Shown here piece after piece: positions 54,572 to 64,000 of a stretch of 64,000 nucleotides of DNA. The stretch's first letter is position 1, and each line of letters opens with the position of its first letter. Made by a program: the position numbers and the translations under genes. The notes under the pieces were generated by a model. It was given only the letters and a program-made list of their open reading frames with translations, made no database searches and was not told where the DNA came from. Source of the DNA: an uncultured Planctomycetota bacterium (lineage in GTDB: Bacteria; Planctomycetota; Planctomycetia; Gemmatales; Gemmataceae); NCBI GenBank assembly GCA_963849325.1, contig CAWKHF010000003.1, positions 119,283 through 183,282 of the forward strand. The letters are read 5' to 3'.

Positions 54572-57500
54572 TAAGGATCGAGCGGCATCCAATCCTGGAC
54601 GTCGAAGCGGGAATGCGGGGAGGAATGGGGGACGCCGACCGCCTCTTCGTAGGCGGGCCGGCAGGCGCACAACAGGCGTTCGAGGTCTTCCAGACTCAAT
54701 TCGGTCTCTTCGCGGCAAAACATCAAATCGGCCTGGCCGGGCACGTTGACCAGCTGCAAACCGGGGAGCACTTGCTGGGCCTGTTCGCCATAGCTTTTGC
54801 CCGGATCGCTCGCCGGGACGAGCAGGAAACCGTGGTCTTTCTCCTCCTTCGGCGTTTCACCGCGCGGTGCGGAGTCGTTGGGCAAATTGGGACCGCCGAT
54901 GAGGATGGTCTGATGAACCCCGCTGCCGCGCTTGGCCGGCTGGTGATGCAGTGCCGGGGCTGCCTGGGTGTGATACTTCTGAATACGCGCACAGGCGCGG
55001 AAGTGCCCGCCGCCTCCTCCAGGGACAATTCCACCTGGGCGACGTCGGTAATCGGCAGGTAATTGCTGAGGCAGCTGACGGCCTGGCTGACGAGCGGCGA
55101 CATGAGATGACGCACCAGGTCCGTCGTGCCCAGCAGCGCCTTGTGCAACCCCTCGCGCGCGGAGAGTACGTGGTCTTGAAAGACCTGATCGAGCTGGGTC
55201 CAGTGCTCGGCGGTCAGCGTATCCAGGAAACGTCGAGCCGCCTGTTCGAGATCCGGGACACCTTCGGGTAGGACGACGCGGGCGGTGGTCGATTCGCGGA
55301 TCGACTCCCAGAACGATTCGGTAGAGAGCACTGGCGTCGGGGTATGGTCCAGCCCCACGCCCGAGGCCGACGCGCCCGTCCACTCGTCGAGCGGAAGGTG
55401 CAGCGATCCGGTGCCGGTTTCGCCGGCGCTGACGGACAGCGCCTCCTGAACGTGGCGCAGACGTTGGCGACAGAAGGCCAGGTCGCGCAGGCGGTCGGCG
55501 AGTCGGCCTTGCAGAAAGCTGTAGAACTGCTGCACGGCGGCGAGTGTGTCCTCGGCCAGACACTGCCGCGCGAAGGCCGCCAGGTGATCGACGAACACTC
55601 GGAGCAGGCGGCGTGACTTGCCGCCGAACCAGCTGAAACCGCCGGTGCCTTCAATGCAGTTGTCCAGCGCCGTTTGCAGCTGCTTCTGACTCTGCTGCGA
55701 ATGGACGGCTTGCTGGTGCAAGCGCTGCTGATGCGCTTCGGTCGCCTCGCGGCAGTAGCGAAGGAAGCGGTTGATGGCGGCCTCGGCGAGGGCCAGGCGC
55801 CGGCCGGGGTGTTCCATCAGTCCGGCGGCCGCAGCGCCGAGACGCTGGTCCCAGTCCTCCGCCCACTTCGCGGCTGCCGCCTCCAGGGCGCGAGTCAAAC
55901 GGCTCTTGCGTTGCGGTCCCAGGCTGGTCGTCCCCGGCGGTTGCAGTCCGCCGCCGAGCCAATCTTGCACGCGCGTCAGGGCTTGCCGCGCCCACGCGCC
56001 GGATCGTCCTGGGCGACCATCTGCTGCGATTGCTCTTCGATGGCCGACAGCAAGCGCATCAGCAGCTCGCGCGGACTGTTCTCCAGCTGATGACCGGCCA
56101 GGTCGAGGATGCGGTTGGCCAGGGCGTCCGGCAACAGTTCTGAGTCGGCCACCAGTCGGGCGTGGGCCGCCTCCAGCAGGTCGTGCGCCGACACGCGCGA
56201 GATCCCGTCGAGGGTCTCCGACCGGGACAGAGTGTCCGCGGGCGTGGAGACGTGCTTGTCGGGGATGACCGCGTGCTGATCGAGGTCGGTCGCCTGCCAT
56301 TCTTCCACGAGTCGCTGACAGGCGCCGCGCGCGGCCAGATGCAACAGCAGACCACGCGGGAACCAGACGCCGTAGGTGCCGAAGCTGCGGAAGGGCAGGG
56401 TGCCGCGCCAGGCGGATGCGTTCCAGACGCAGTCCCAGCGGTGTCGTCAGTTCGTGGAACAGATAACTGCCCAGATGCGCCATGGCGTCGCGGCGAGCCT
56501 CCGGCGTTCGATGCGCCAACGTCAGCAGATACGTGCTGTCGTAAGCGGCTCCTTCGTCCACCAGTCGCGGGCCATCGGCGCCGTACTGAGCCGTGAAACG
56601 CACCGCCGGGTCGCTGAAGTGATTCACCTCCGTCAGAGTGGCGTAAAGGTTGGCCTGTTCGACCGCCGGCGTGGCCGGGTCTTCGGGCGCTCCACAAAAC
56701 AGAAAGCTGGTCAGCAGCCCCTCGGACTGGTGCAATTGGTTGAGCAACCGGCGCAGGGCGTAGCCCAGGTCGGTCACGAAGCCGCTGCCGCCGCCGCTCG
56801 CCCCGGCGATGACGTAGATCCGCGGCACGTTGTCGCGCAGGGCCAGTCCGGTCTGACTGACGGTCTGGTAAATGCTATCGGGGTGGCAGGCCGTCTGAAT
56901 CTCGCGGCGCAGGCGGGCAATCAAGCGCAGATAGTTATCCGTGAAGGCCAATCGTCCCAGGGCCCGCGACCCCTGGGTCTTGAGCGAACGCGGCATGGCG
57001 AACAGCTTCTCGCGCGGCAGCCAATCGTTGAGTTGATCCAGCTGGCGGCGCCGGTAGTGCGAGATCGGCTGCAAGGGTAGATGGTGGACCTCCGTGCCGC
57101 GCAGGGCCACTTCGGGGGCACCGCGAGTCGCCGCCTTCACGGCCTCGGCGTCGCTGTCCAGATACAGAAAGCGCAGGAGCGGAGCCTTCTCGAGGTCGCC
57201 GAAGCGGTCGAGGAAACGGCAGCGCAGCTCTTGCAAGGCGCGGCGTCCGAACGTGCCGACGCCGATCACCAGCGTCGGCCGCAGTGCTCCCGTCTGCGGC
57301 TGGGCCACCGTCATGCCCAACCGCGAGACCTCGTCCGCCGCGCGCGCGGCCTCGCTGCCCGAACCGACGGCTCTGTCCTCGTCCTCCGCCGGCAATTGCT
57401 CCAGCAGAATGTTCTCCATCGTGTCGGAGATGGACTTCGGCCGGCCGCCCTCCGCGCCGGGTGAATCGACGTGGATCGTCTCGGGACGCGCCGGCGAGCG

Positions 57501-58320
57501 GGCGGTGTACAGGGCGCGAACGAAGGCCAGGCAGTTGGGAAAGCGCTTGGCCGGATCCTTGGACAGGGCGCGGGCGACGACGGGCCGCTCTCCTTCCGGC
57601 AAGGCCCGCAACTCCGGCTCCTCGTTCATGTGCTGCTGGGCCAGGGCGCGGGCGTTCTTGCCGTTGAACGGCCGCTGGCCCGTGAGCAGCTCCTGGTAAA
57701 CGATGGCCAGGCTGTACTGATCGCTGCGGCCGCTGATGCTCCCGCTGAACGTCTCCGGCGGCGCATACAACGGCGTCACCCCGCCCAGGATCCCCGAGGC
57801 GCCCGACCGTTCCAGGTGCTTGACCAGGCCGAAATCCGCCACCTTGAACGCGGTCGCTGATGAGGAACAGGTTGCGCGGCTTGATGTCCAGGTGTTGCAG
57901 GTTGTGCTTCTCGTTCATGTGGTCGAGGGCCTCGGCCGCGTCCCGGACGTAGCGCATCAGCGCATCGCGGGGAACGCCAACCAGGCCGGCCGACAGGCAT
58001 TCCTGAAACAGGTCGTGCAAGCTCTTGTCGGCCACCTCCATGACGATGACGAGTTCGCCCTCGACCACCTCAATGCGGTCCATCGACAGCACGAACGGAT
58101 GACGGACTTCCTTGACGCGGTTGAGGGCGTGCAGCTCCTGTTCGGCCCGTGCGCGTATCAACGTCCAGGGAATTCAGGTTGCCGAAGACGAACTTGATGG
58201 CCTTGAACAGGCCGCCCGGCGCTTCGCATTTCCAGACTTCGCCGAAGCCGCCGCTGCCCAACGGCTCGATGAGACGATAACCGGGGATCGGCTCCACATT
58301 GGGCTGCGCAGGACACTCAT
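54571..58320 (-). CDS. Ser/Thr protein kinase fused to tubulin-like (Tubulin_2/FtsZ-like) domain (multiple frameshifts)
   Basis: LGSGGFGEVW; AIK; HLDIKPRN; DFGL; YAPPE; then PTLVIGVGTFG, LYLDSD, RALGRLAF, GASGGGSG. Confidence 0.88.
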
Positions 58321-58933
58321 AGCTGATCTCGCCCCCACAAGGAGGTGGCAGGCCCTCCCGGCGGATGAAACCCTGACCTCTCGACCCATGGCCGAACCTA
58401 CCCCTGCAACGATCGGGTCGCGGTTCGGGAGGGGGTGCTAGTGAAGGGTAGTTCGTGAGTGGCCGGTTGTCCAATTGGGCGGCGTGGGAACCGTACGGCG
58501 CAACCCTTCCGGTCGAAGACGGAACCGGCAGTGGACCGGCCGACGGTTGGCGCAGTCGGCGTAATCCGTGCGCCCGACCGGAGTGCTAGCGTTGACGAAA
58601 TTGTCGCCGCTGGCGTAGTCGTCACAGCCGGCGAAAAAAGCGGGAAAAAGGCTGGAACGTCGGCTGGAGTCGCGTTGATTGCGTGGCGCGGCGAACCTAC
58701 CGTAAAGGCAGAAGCACGGCCAAGAGGCCGTCGCAGCCCGGAGCCGGGGCGGCGCCCGTCGGCCCATCGCCGCGCCGGCGGATCGTCGGCGGCAAACGGG
58801 ACCGCGTTACCCTGGATCTCGGATGGACCGTCCGCCGACGGGCAATGCGTTGGCATTGCGGCGGCCGGCCGTGTGCTCTTGGCGTCGGTGGAACACTCCG
58901 GCCGCCGCGCTGTTCCGGTGGAGGAATGAGACT

Positions 58934-59146
58934 ATGTTCATGCGAAAATTGCCGACCCTGGCCGTGCTGGCCGCGGTCCTCGTTTCGGCGGGATGCAGCT
59001 GCTGTCATCGCGGTGCCGTCGTCTCGAATGCGCCGCCGTGCTGCGGCGGTCCCGCGGCGGTGGCGGTGCCCGCCGTACCCGCCGCTCCCGTACCCGTGCA
59101 GGCGGGGTTCGCCTCGGCGCCCTGTCCCACCTGCGTTGGTCGTTAA
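58934..59146 (+). CDS. Small Cys/Pro-rich lipoprotein
   Basis: Signal peptide + VSAGC; CSCC, PPCCGG, CPTC; GGAGG RBS. Confidence 0.65.
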   Translation: MFMRKLPTLAVLAAVLVSAGCSCCHRGAVVSNAPPCCGGPAAVAVPAVPAAPVPVQAGFASAPCPTCVGR

Positions 59147-59629
59147 ACGAACGGCCGCGACGGGCCGGCACTTCTGCGTGAGGTGCCGGCCCGTTGTCTG
59201 CCATCGTCCGGGCATGCTGGCCGCCTTGAACGACCCGCCCACGCTTGCGCTCCCTCTCTTTGCATGAAGCCCGAGTCGGCCGCAGTTCGCGCGTGTTCGT
59301 GCCGGCTGTCGCCATCGCTCCGCTTGGCGCAGGTCGCAGCCCTGGCAGCCTTTCTCATGGGAGCCTCGAAAAAGAGCAAGTCGGCGTCAGGAAGTTTTTG
59401 CCTCCGGACGGCCGGAGCGCATACTCTTGTATGGTGAGTTGCGGGCGGGGCCGCGATGACGTGCCGCGCACGACCTCCGGCTCGTCGGAAGACCCTGCCA
59501 AACTCCCTTCGGTTACCCACCCGCCATCCCGACCCGCGTTGTTTCGGCCTCGGGTCCGTGTGTCCTCCAGGACGGTGGCGTGCGTCCCTCGTGTGGCCGT
59601 ACCTCCCCAGGAAGAGAGGATTCCCTCCC

Positions 59630-59842
59630 ATGCGCGTTCGCTACCTGTTCGCTCTGTTGACGTTCGCCGCCCTTTCGCTGACATCCGGTTGTCACCACCG
59701 CCACTGCTGTTGTGGCGGCTGCTGCGCCCCCTGCTGCGCTCCCTGCGGCGGGACGTGCTGCTATCCGCCGTCCGAAGGGCCCGTGCCGCCGTTGGCGTCC
59801 CCGGTCGTTTCCCCTCACGTGCCGGTGGTTGGCGTGCGATAG
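59630..59842 (+). CDS. Small Cys/His-rich lipoprotein
   Basis: Signal peptide + LTSGC; HHRHCCCGGCCAPCCAPCGGTCC; GAGGA RBS. Confidence 0.65.
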   Translation: MRVRYLFALLTFAALSLTSGCHHRHCCCGGCCAPCCAPCGGTCCYPPSEGPVPPLASPVVSPHVPVVGVR

Positions 59843-59877
59843 GAAAGTAGGATTGCCGGTGAAGTCGAAATGGGAAG

Positions 59878-60014
59878 GAACGTCCCTGGTGGGAACACGG
59901 GTGCGGGCGTTAGGCCAAGGACCGATAGGTCACGGGACTGCACCCAACCCGGCATGACGCCGGCGCTTTCCCGAATCACCTAAAGGGCACCGCCAGTGAC
60001 CCACCAGGGACATC
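59878..60014 (-). ncRNA. 6S-like (SsrS) rod-shaped RNA
   Basis: 12-bp closing stem GTCCCTGGTGGG/CCCACCAGGGAC; nested stems; asymmetric bubble with GACC-TATC-GGTC hairpin; dedicated promoter. Confidence 0.6.
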
Positions 60015-60021
60015 AACCGCA

Positions 60022-60050
60022 AAGGTAATGTCGGAACGGGAAACAAGCAA
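60022..60050 (-). promoter_or_regulatory. sigma70 promoter of the 6S-like RNA
   Basis: Minus strand TTGCTT-N17-TACCTT; predicted +1 at about 60014, just before the closing stem. Confidence 0.6.
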
Positions 60051-60107
60051 GGCAGATGTGCCGAAGCGGGGCCCGAGTGCCCCGCGGCCGGTGCTGGTCC
60101 GACTCGG

Positions 60108-60365
60108 TCATTCCTGAGGAGGCGTCGCTTCGGCGGGGCGCTGGCGGAGTGGACCGCGGTAGGTGATCCGACCCTTATTCAGGTCGTAGGGAGAGATGGC
60201 GACCGTGACGGTATCGCCGGGCAGGATGCGGATGAAGTTTTTGCGGATCTTGCCGGCGATGTGGGCGACGATCTCGTGGCCATTCTCCAGGCGGACACGG
60301 AACTGCGTGTTGGCCAGGGCGGCGACCACCCGGCCCTGAACTTGGATCGCTTCTTCTTTTGCCAT
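60108..60365 (-). CDS. infA: Translation initiation factor IF-1
   Basis: MAKEEAI...[42 protein letters not shown]. Confidence 0.97.
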   Translation of the reverse strand: MAKEEAIQVQGRVVAALANTQFRVRLENGHEIVAHIAGKIRKNFIRILPGDTVTVAISPYDLNKGRITYRGPLRQRPAEATPPQE

Positions 60366-60795
60366 AAACTCTCCGGAAAAACGTGTTCAGGCGAATAAAC
60401 ATCCGACCCCGTCCATCGAGGACTCCCTCGACGGGGCCGGGCCGGCTCGCCTGCGACGCCGGCCATCTCACAAAGACCCGCATGGTCCGGGGGACAAAAA
60501 GGACGCAGCGGAACGCTGCAACGGGCCGGTCGAGACGTATCCCTTTGTACTCGTCGTTGGCCGCCTTCGCAAGACGAGTCCGGCAATTGCACAAGCCGGG
60601 AGACCTGCGCCCTTTCGGCGCTCGCCTGGCGGACACTGGGATGCTCTCCGGAGACGTCGGTGCGGGGCATTGCGGCCGCGAAAATGGGGAAAAAACGGGA
60701 TTCTTCCAGACAGAGAGCGAGGCTGTGGTACACTTATCGATGAGTGGGCTGGACGCGGCGTCCGGCCGGATGGGGTTGGATAAGAGGAACGGATA

Positions 60796-60993
60796 ATGCC
60801 GCAGCAGAATGTGGAAGAACTGTTGCCGCAGCCGCGGCGCATGGAGATTTTTCTGGCCCTCGTCGAGACGCAGGACCAGGACGTCGGCGTGGCGCGCTCT
60901 CGGCAGCTCGTCGCTACTCGTTTTGGCGTCAGCGAGGACCAGGTCAAGCGCATCGAACAGGAAGGGCTGGACCACGAATGGCCGCCTCTGTAA
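60796..60993 (+). CDS. Small hypothetical protein, possible HTH
   Basis: GAGGA RBS; VATRFGVSEDQVKRIE; ends EWPPL. Confidence 0.65.
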   Translation: MPQQNVEELLPQPRRMEIFLALVETQDQDVGVARSRQLVATRFGVSEDQVKRIEQEGLDHEWPPL

Positions 60994-60995
60994 CG

Positions 60996-61055
60996 AGCGA
61001 GCGGGGGGCGTAAGCCCCCTGTTCGTACCAACAAGGCGCTTATGCCCCCGCTCGC
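60996..61055. repeat. Degenerate copy of the GCGAGCGGGGGGCGTAAGCCCCCTG palindrome, without flanks
   Basis: Left arm nearly intact, right arm mutated; between convergent genes. Confidence 0.75.
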
Positions 61056-61066
61056 TGGATCGTTTC

Positions 61067-62139
61067 TTAACGAGCCGCCGCCGTGGTCAGGGACGCGCGT
61101 TTCTCCGCGATGAGGCGCAACAGCGCCTTTTGGGGGTCGGCGAACTTGCGCAGCCCCTCTTCCAGGAGCGTCTTCTCCAACTGTTTCCAATCGACCTTGG
61201 CGTCAATCTCGGCCAGCACGTCGTCGGGCGGCATCTTGTCCACCTGACGGCTGAAGGTCCGGCCGCTCTCCTGTACCTTGTGGTTGGTCGCCGGCGGGTT
61301 CGTCTCGATGTCAGAGCCGGCGAACGCCTCGACGTACTTCCACGGCGGGTCTTCCGGCTTCTTGGTGCCGGTGCTGGCGAAGATCATCTCCTGCTTCAAC
61401 GGCAAGCGTTTGTCGGCCCAGAATTGCTGGTTGAGTCGCCAGGTCCGTTTGGCGTTGACGATGCCGACCTGGCCTTGAGCGGCCGGCGACAGCGATGGAA
61501 CGTGCTGGGCCGTGTACACGTCGAGGCGGCTGACGAAGATGCTGTAGACCGATTTGAAGTGCGTTAAACCACCGGGCCGCCGCTGCGCCCGCGCCAGATC
61601 GCCTCGCGGGCCGTGTGATACTGGTCCTCGCCGAAGATCAATGTGACATTGATGGTGACGCCGGCCGCCGCCAGCTCTTCCAGTGCCCCCAGACCCGCTG
61701 GCGTGGCCGGCACCTTGATCATGCGATTCTTGTGGCCCTTGCTCCACTTCTTGCCCAGTTCGATATAGCGTGCCTGGCGTTGCGGCAGCGACAGCGGACA
61801 GGAGCTGTCCTCCAACAGCGGATCGAGTTCAAAGCTGACGTAGCCATCGTCGCCGTGCGTGGACTCCCACACGGGGAAGAAAACATTCTGGGCGTCGCGG
61901 ACCAGGTGATCGGTCAGGTCCCAGGCCAGGTCTTCGTCCTCGTGGCCGTCGCGGATGAGCTGGATCAGCAGTTTGTCGAATTGCCCCGTCTTGACCAGGT
62001 CGGCGATGATGATCGGATTGGAGGTGGCCCCGGTGGCGCCGAAGGCGCGGTTGGCCCTCACTTCTTTGGGATCCACTGAATCCAGCCATAGTTTGGTGCC
62101 GCTGGCGACCAGCGATTGCAGAGGGGTGAGTTGAGTCAT
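61067..62139 (-). CDS. tal: Transaldolase family protein (frameshift near 61590)
   Basis: [42 protein letters not shown]. Confidence 0.9.
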
Positions 62140-62217
62140 GGGTTCCGCTCCCAAAGAAGGGGTGAATCGGCGACACTCTTTATTATAGGGGCGTCGCCCA
62201 ATCGTGTCCGTTCGCCG

Positions 62218-63498
62218 TTACTTCGGTCCCGCGCCGATCGCGTAAAGCGCCTTGAAGCCGCGGAGATAGATGCGGCCATTGGCGATCACGGGCGAGGCGG
62301 AGATCTGATCCGGCAGTCGATTGGTCGCCAGCAATTCGAACTTCGGCCCGGCCTTGACGACGCTGACGACGCCGTCGCGGGCCGTGAGGTAGATCTTGCC
62401 GTCGGCGTAGACCGGCGAGGCGCGGTGCCGGTGGTTGTGCGTGCGCTGCTGATACAGTTCCTTGCCCGTCCGGGCTTCCAGGCAGATCAGGTCGCCATTC
62501 TCGCGTCCCAGGTAGACCAGGCCGTCGTGGACCAGCGGCGATGGCACGTCGGGAGTGTTGTTGCGTTTGCGCCACTGCTCTTGCGGACTGCCGGCCAGGA
62601 TCATGCCGGTGGCGTCGGGCTTGACCGCGACGACCGGACCATTCTTGGCCGAGGGCACGATAATGAACTCGGGCGTGGCCACGGGCGAAGCGACGAAGCG
62701 GAGAGTACGGTTGTAGCGTTCCTTGGGATTGAGCCCGCCGACGCGCCAGATTTCTCGGCCATCGTCGAGTCGGTGGGCGACGGCATAGTCGTTGCCGTGT
62801 GTGATCAGATAGGCTTCTTTGTCGTTGTGCCAGATGCACGGCGACGCATACGAATGCTCGCATTCGTCTCGGCCATCGCTGGGACGCGCGACCTTCCAGA
62901 CGGTCGCGCCGGTGGATTTATCCAGAGCGATCACCCAGGCGCCGCCGGAGTGGATGAGCTGCATGTACAGCCGATCGCCGTACAGTACGGGCGTGGAGTG
63001 GAGCCCGAACTGAATTTTGAACTTACCGTATCGTTCCTGGGCGTTGAACTTCCAGATGGGCTTGCCGTCGAGGTCGAAGCAGGCGAAGTCGCCGGAGCCG
63101 ACGAAGGCCCAGACGTGCTTGCCGTCGGTGCTCGGCGAGGCCGAGGCGAGGTTTCCTTCATCGCTCCGGGCCCGGAAACGGCCGCTGCCGAGCTTACGCT
63201 TCCACACCTCTTGGCCCTTGGTGTTGACGCACAGAAGCACCAGGTCGTTGCCGTCCTCGCTGGTCAGGAAAAGGCGGTCGCCCCAGACGATCGGCGTCGA
63301 TCCGGCCATGCCGGGCAGCGGCAAGGTCCAGACGATATTCCGGTCCTCGCCCCAGGTTGTGGGCAGGTTGGTCTCCGGACTCACCCCGTCGCCGTCGGGA
63401 CCGCGCCACCGCGGCCAATTGTTGGCGCGGGCGAGACCGACCGACCACGGAAGCAGCAAACACACCAGCAACAAACGACGAACGAAAGCGAAGTACAT
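62218..63498 (-). CDS. PQQ-binding-like beta-propeller (BamB-like) secreted protein
   Basis: Signal peptide; NWPRWRGP..DG; STPIVWGDRLF; repeated SP/TP blades; ASPVIANGRIYLR. Confidence 0.92.
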   Translation of the reverse strand: MYFAFVRRLLLVCLLLPWSVGLARANNWPRWRGPDGDGVSPETNLPTTWGEDRNIVWTLPLPGMAGSTPIVWGDRLFLTSEDGNDLVLLCVNTKGQEVWKRKLGSGRFRARSDEGNLASASPSTDGKHVWAFVGSGDFACFDLDGKPIWKFNAQERYGKFKIQFGLHSTPVLYGDRLYMQLIHSGGAWVIALDKSTGATVWKVARPSDGRDECEHSYASPCIWHNDKEAYLITHGNDYAVAHRLDDGREIWRVGGLNPKERYNRTLRFVASPVATPEFIIVPSAKNGPVVAVKPDATGMILAGSPQEQWRKRNNTPDVPSPLVHDGLVYLGRENGDLICLEARTGKELYQQRTHNHRHRASPVYADGKIYLTARDGVVSVVKAGPKFELLATNRLPDQISASPVIANGRIYLRGFKALYAIGAGPK

Positions 63499-63863
63499 CA
63501 CGGCAGGATCACCTCGGCCAGAAGGATTCGCCCGGGCGCTGGGGCAACCGGGAAGGTAGGACCATTTCTCCTGTTCTACCAAATCCCCTCCTCCTTTGCG
63601 ACGGTCCCGGTGGAGGTTGAAGCGGACGTGTGGGCGACCCGGACCCTGCTTCGTCGGCGATCGGAACAAAGGGCCGCCGCGTCGACCATGTCTGGCTGAC
63701 CCGGAGAAGACCTCCGAACGGGAAACGCTGTCCCCTCCGACAGGAGTAGAGCATCGACCGCGATGGAACCCTGCACGCTCCGGCTTGAGGAGTTGTCTCC
63801 TTCGCCGACACGACGGCCACCTCGAAAACGCGGGAAGTGAGAATAGGCTTCCGCAGAGAACCC

Positions 63864-63892
63864 TTGCGAAAAAACCGTCCGAGCCATAGAAT
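63864..63892 (+). promoter_or_regulatory. sigma70 promoter of tRNA-Pro
   Basis: TTGCGA-N17-TAGAAT. Confidence 0.65.
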
Positions 63893-63925
63893 CCATCCAT
63901 GGTTTTGGCTCTTTGGGCCAACCAC

Positions 63926-64000
63926 CGGGGCGTGGCGCAGTTTGGCTAGCGCGCCTGAATGGGGTTCAGGAGGTCGCTGGTTCGAATCCAGTCGCCCCGA
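63926..64000 (+). tRNA. tRNA-Pro (GGG)
   Basis: Acceptor CGGGGCG/CGCCCCG + A; anticodon arm CCTGA-ATGGGGT-TCAGG; T-loop GTTCGAATC. Confidence 0.96.

Noticed and set aside
59878-60014. 5S rRNA or riboswitch
   Set aside because: Lacks 5S conserved motifs (e.g. CCGAAC) and is not in a 5' leader; it has its own promoter.
63926-64000. tRNA-Pro as attachment site for the 23-31 kb island
   Set aside because: I found no duplicate of the tRNA 3' end in the window and the island is more than 30 kb away.

Overview
GC-rich bacterial chromosome segment with a strong Planctomycetota (Gemmataceae-like) signature: DUF1559, DUF1501, DUF1080, PVC-type heme-binding proteins, an ECF sigma-WD40 fusion, a PQQ-propeller and a kinase-tubulin-like fusion. 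Housekeeping genes include lpdA, rpe, pgl, rph, murB, an ftsQ-like gene, queC/queD, tex, ftsH, infA, a transaldolase and tRNA-Pro(GGG) at the right edge. Many genes, including ftsH, carry frameshifts; I read these as long-read or assembly errors, not pseudogenes. About 23.2-31.4 kb is a decayed accessory island: IS5, IS66-like and internally deleted IS21 elements interleaved with truncated phage and nuclease/helicase fragments. The most interesting signals are (1) a membrane-anchored TRAFAC GTPase plus GAP1-N2/GAP1-M-like partner with a TA pair and two multi-Zn-finger paralogs between them, (2) a candidate sigma54-driven sRNA at about 2105-2250 (-), (3) a promoter-supported 6S-like RNA downstream of infA, (4) a 99-bp MITE/REPIN present twice with its internal spacer flipped, and (5) a ParB-like plus degenerate-ABC pair that may be a toxin/immunity module. 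All family assignments come from motif recognition by eye; no database searches were run.
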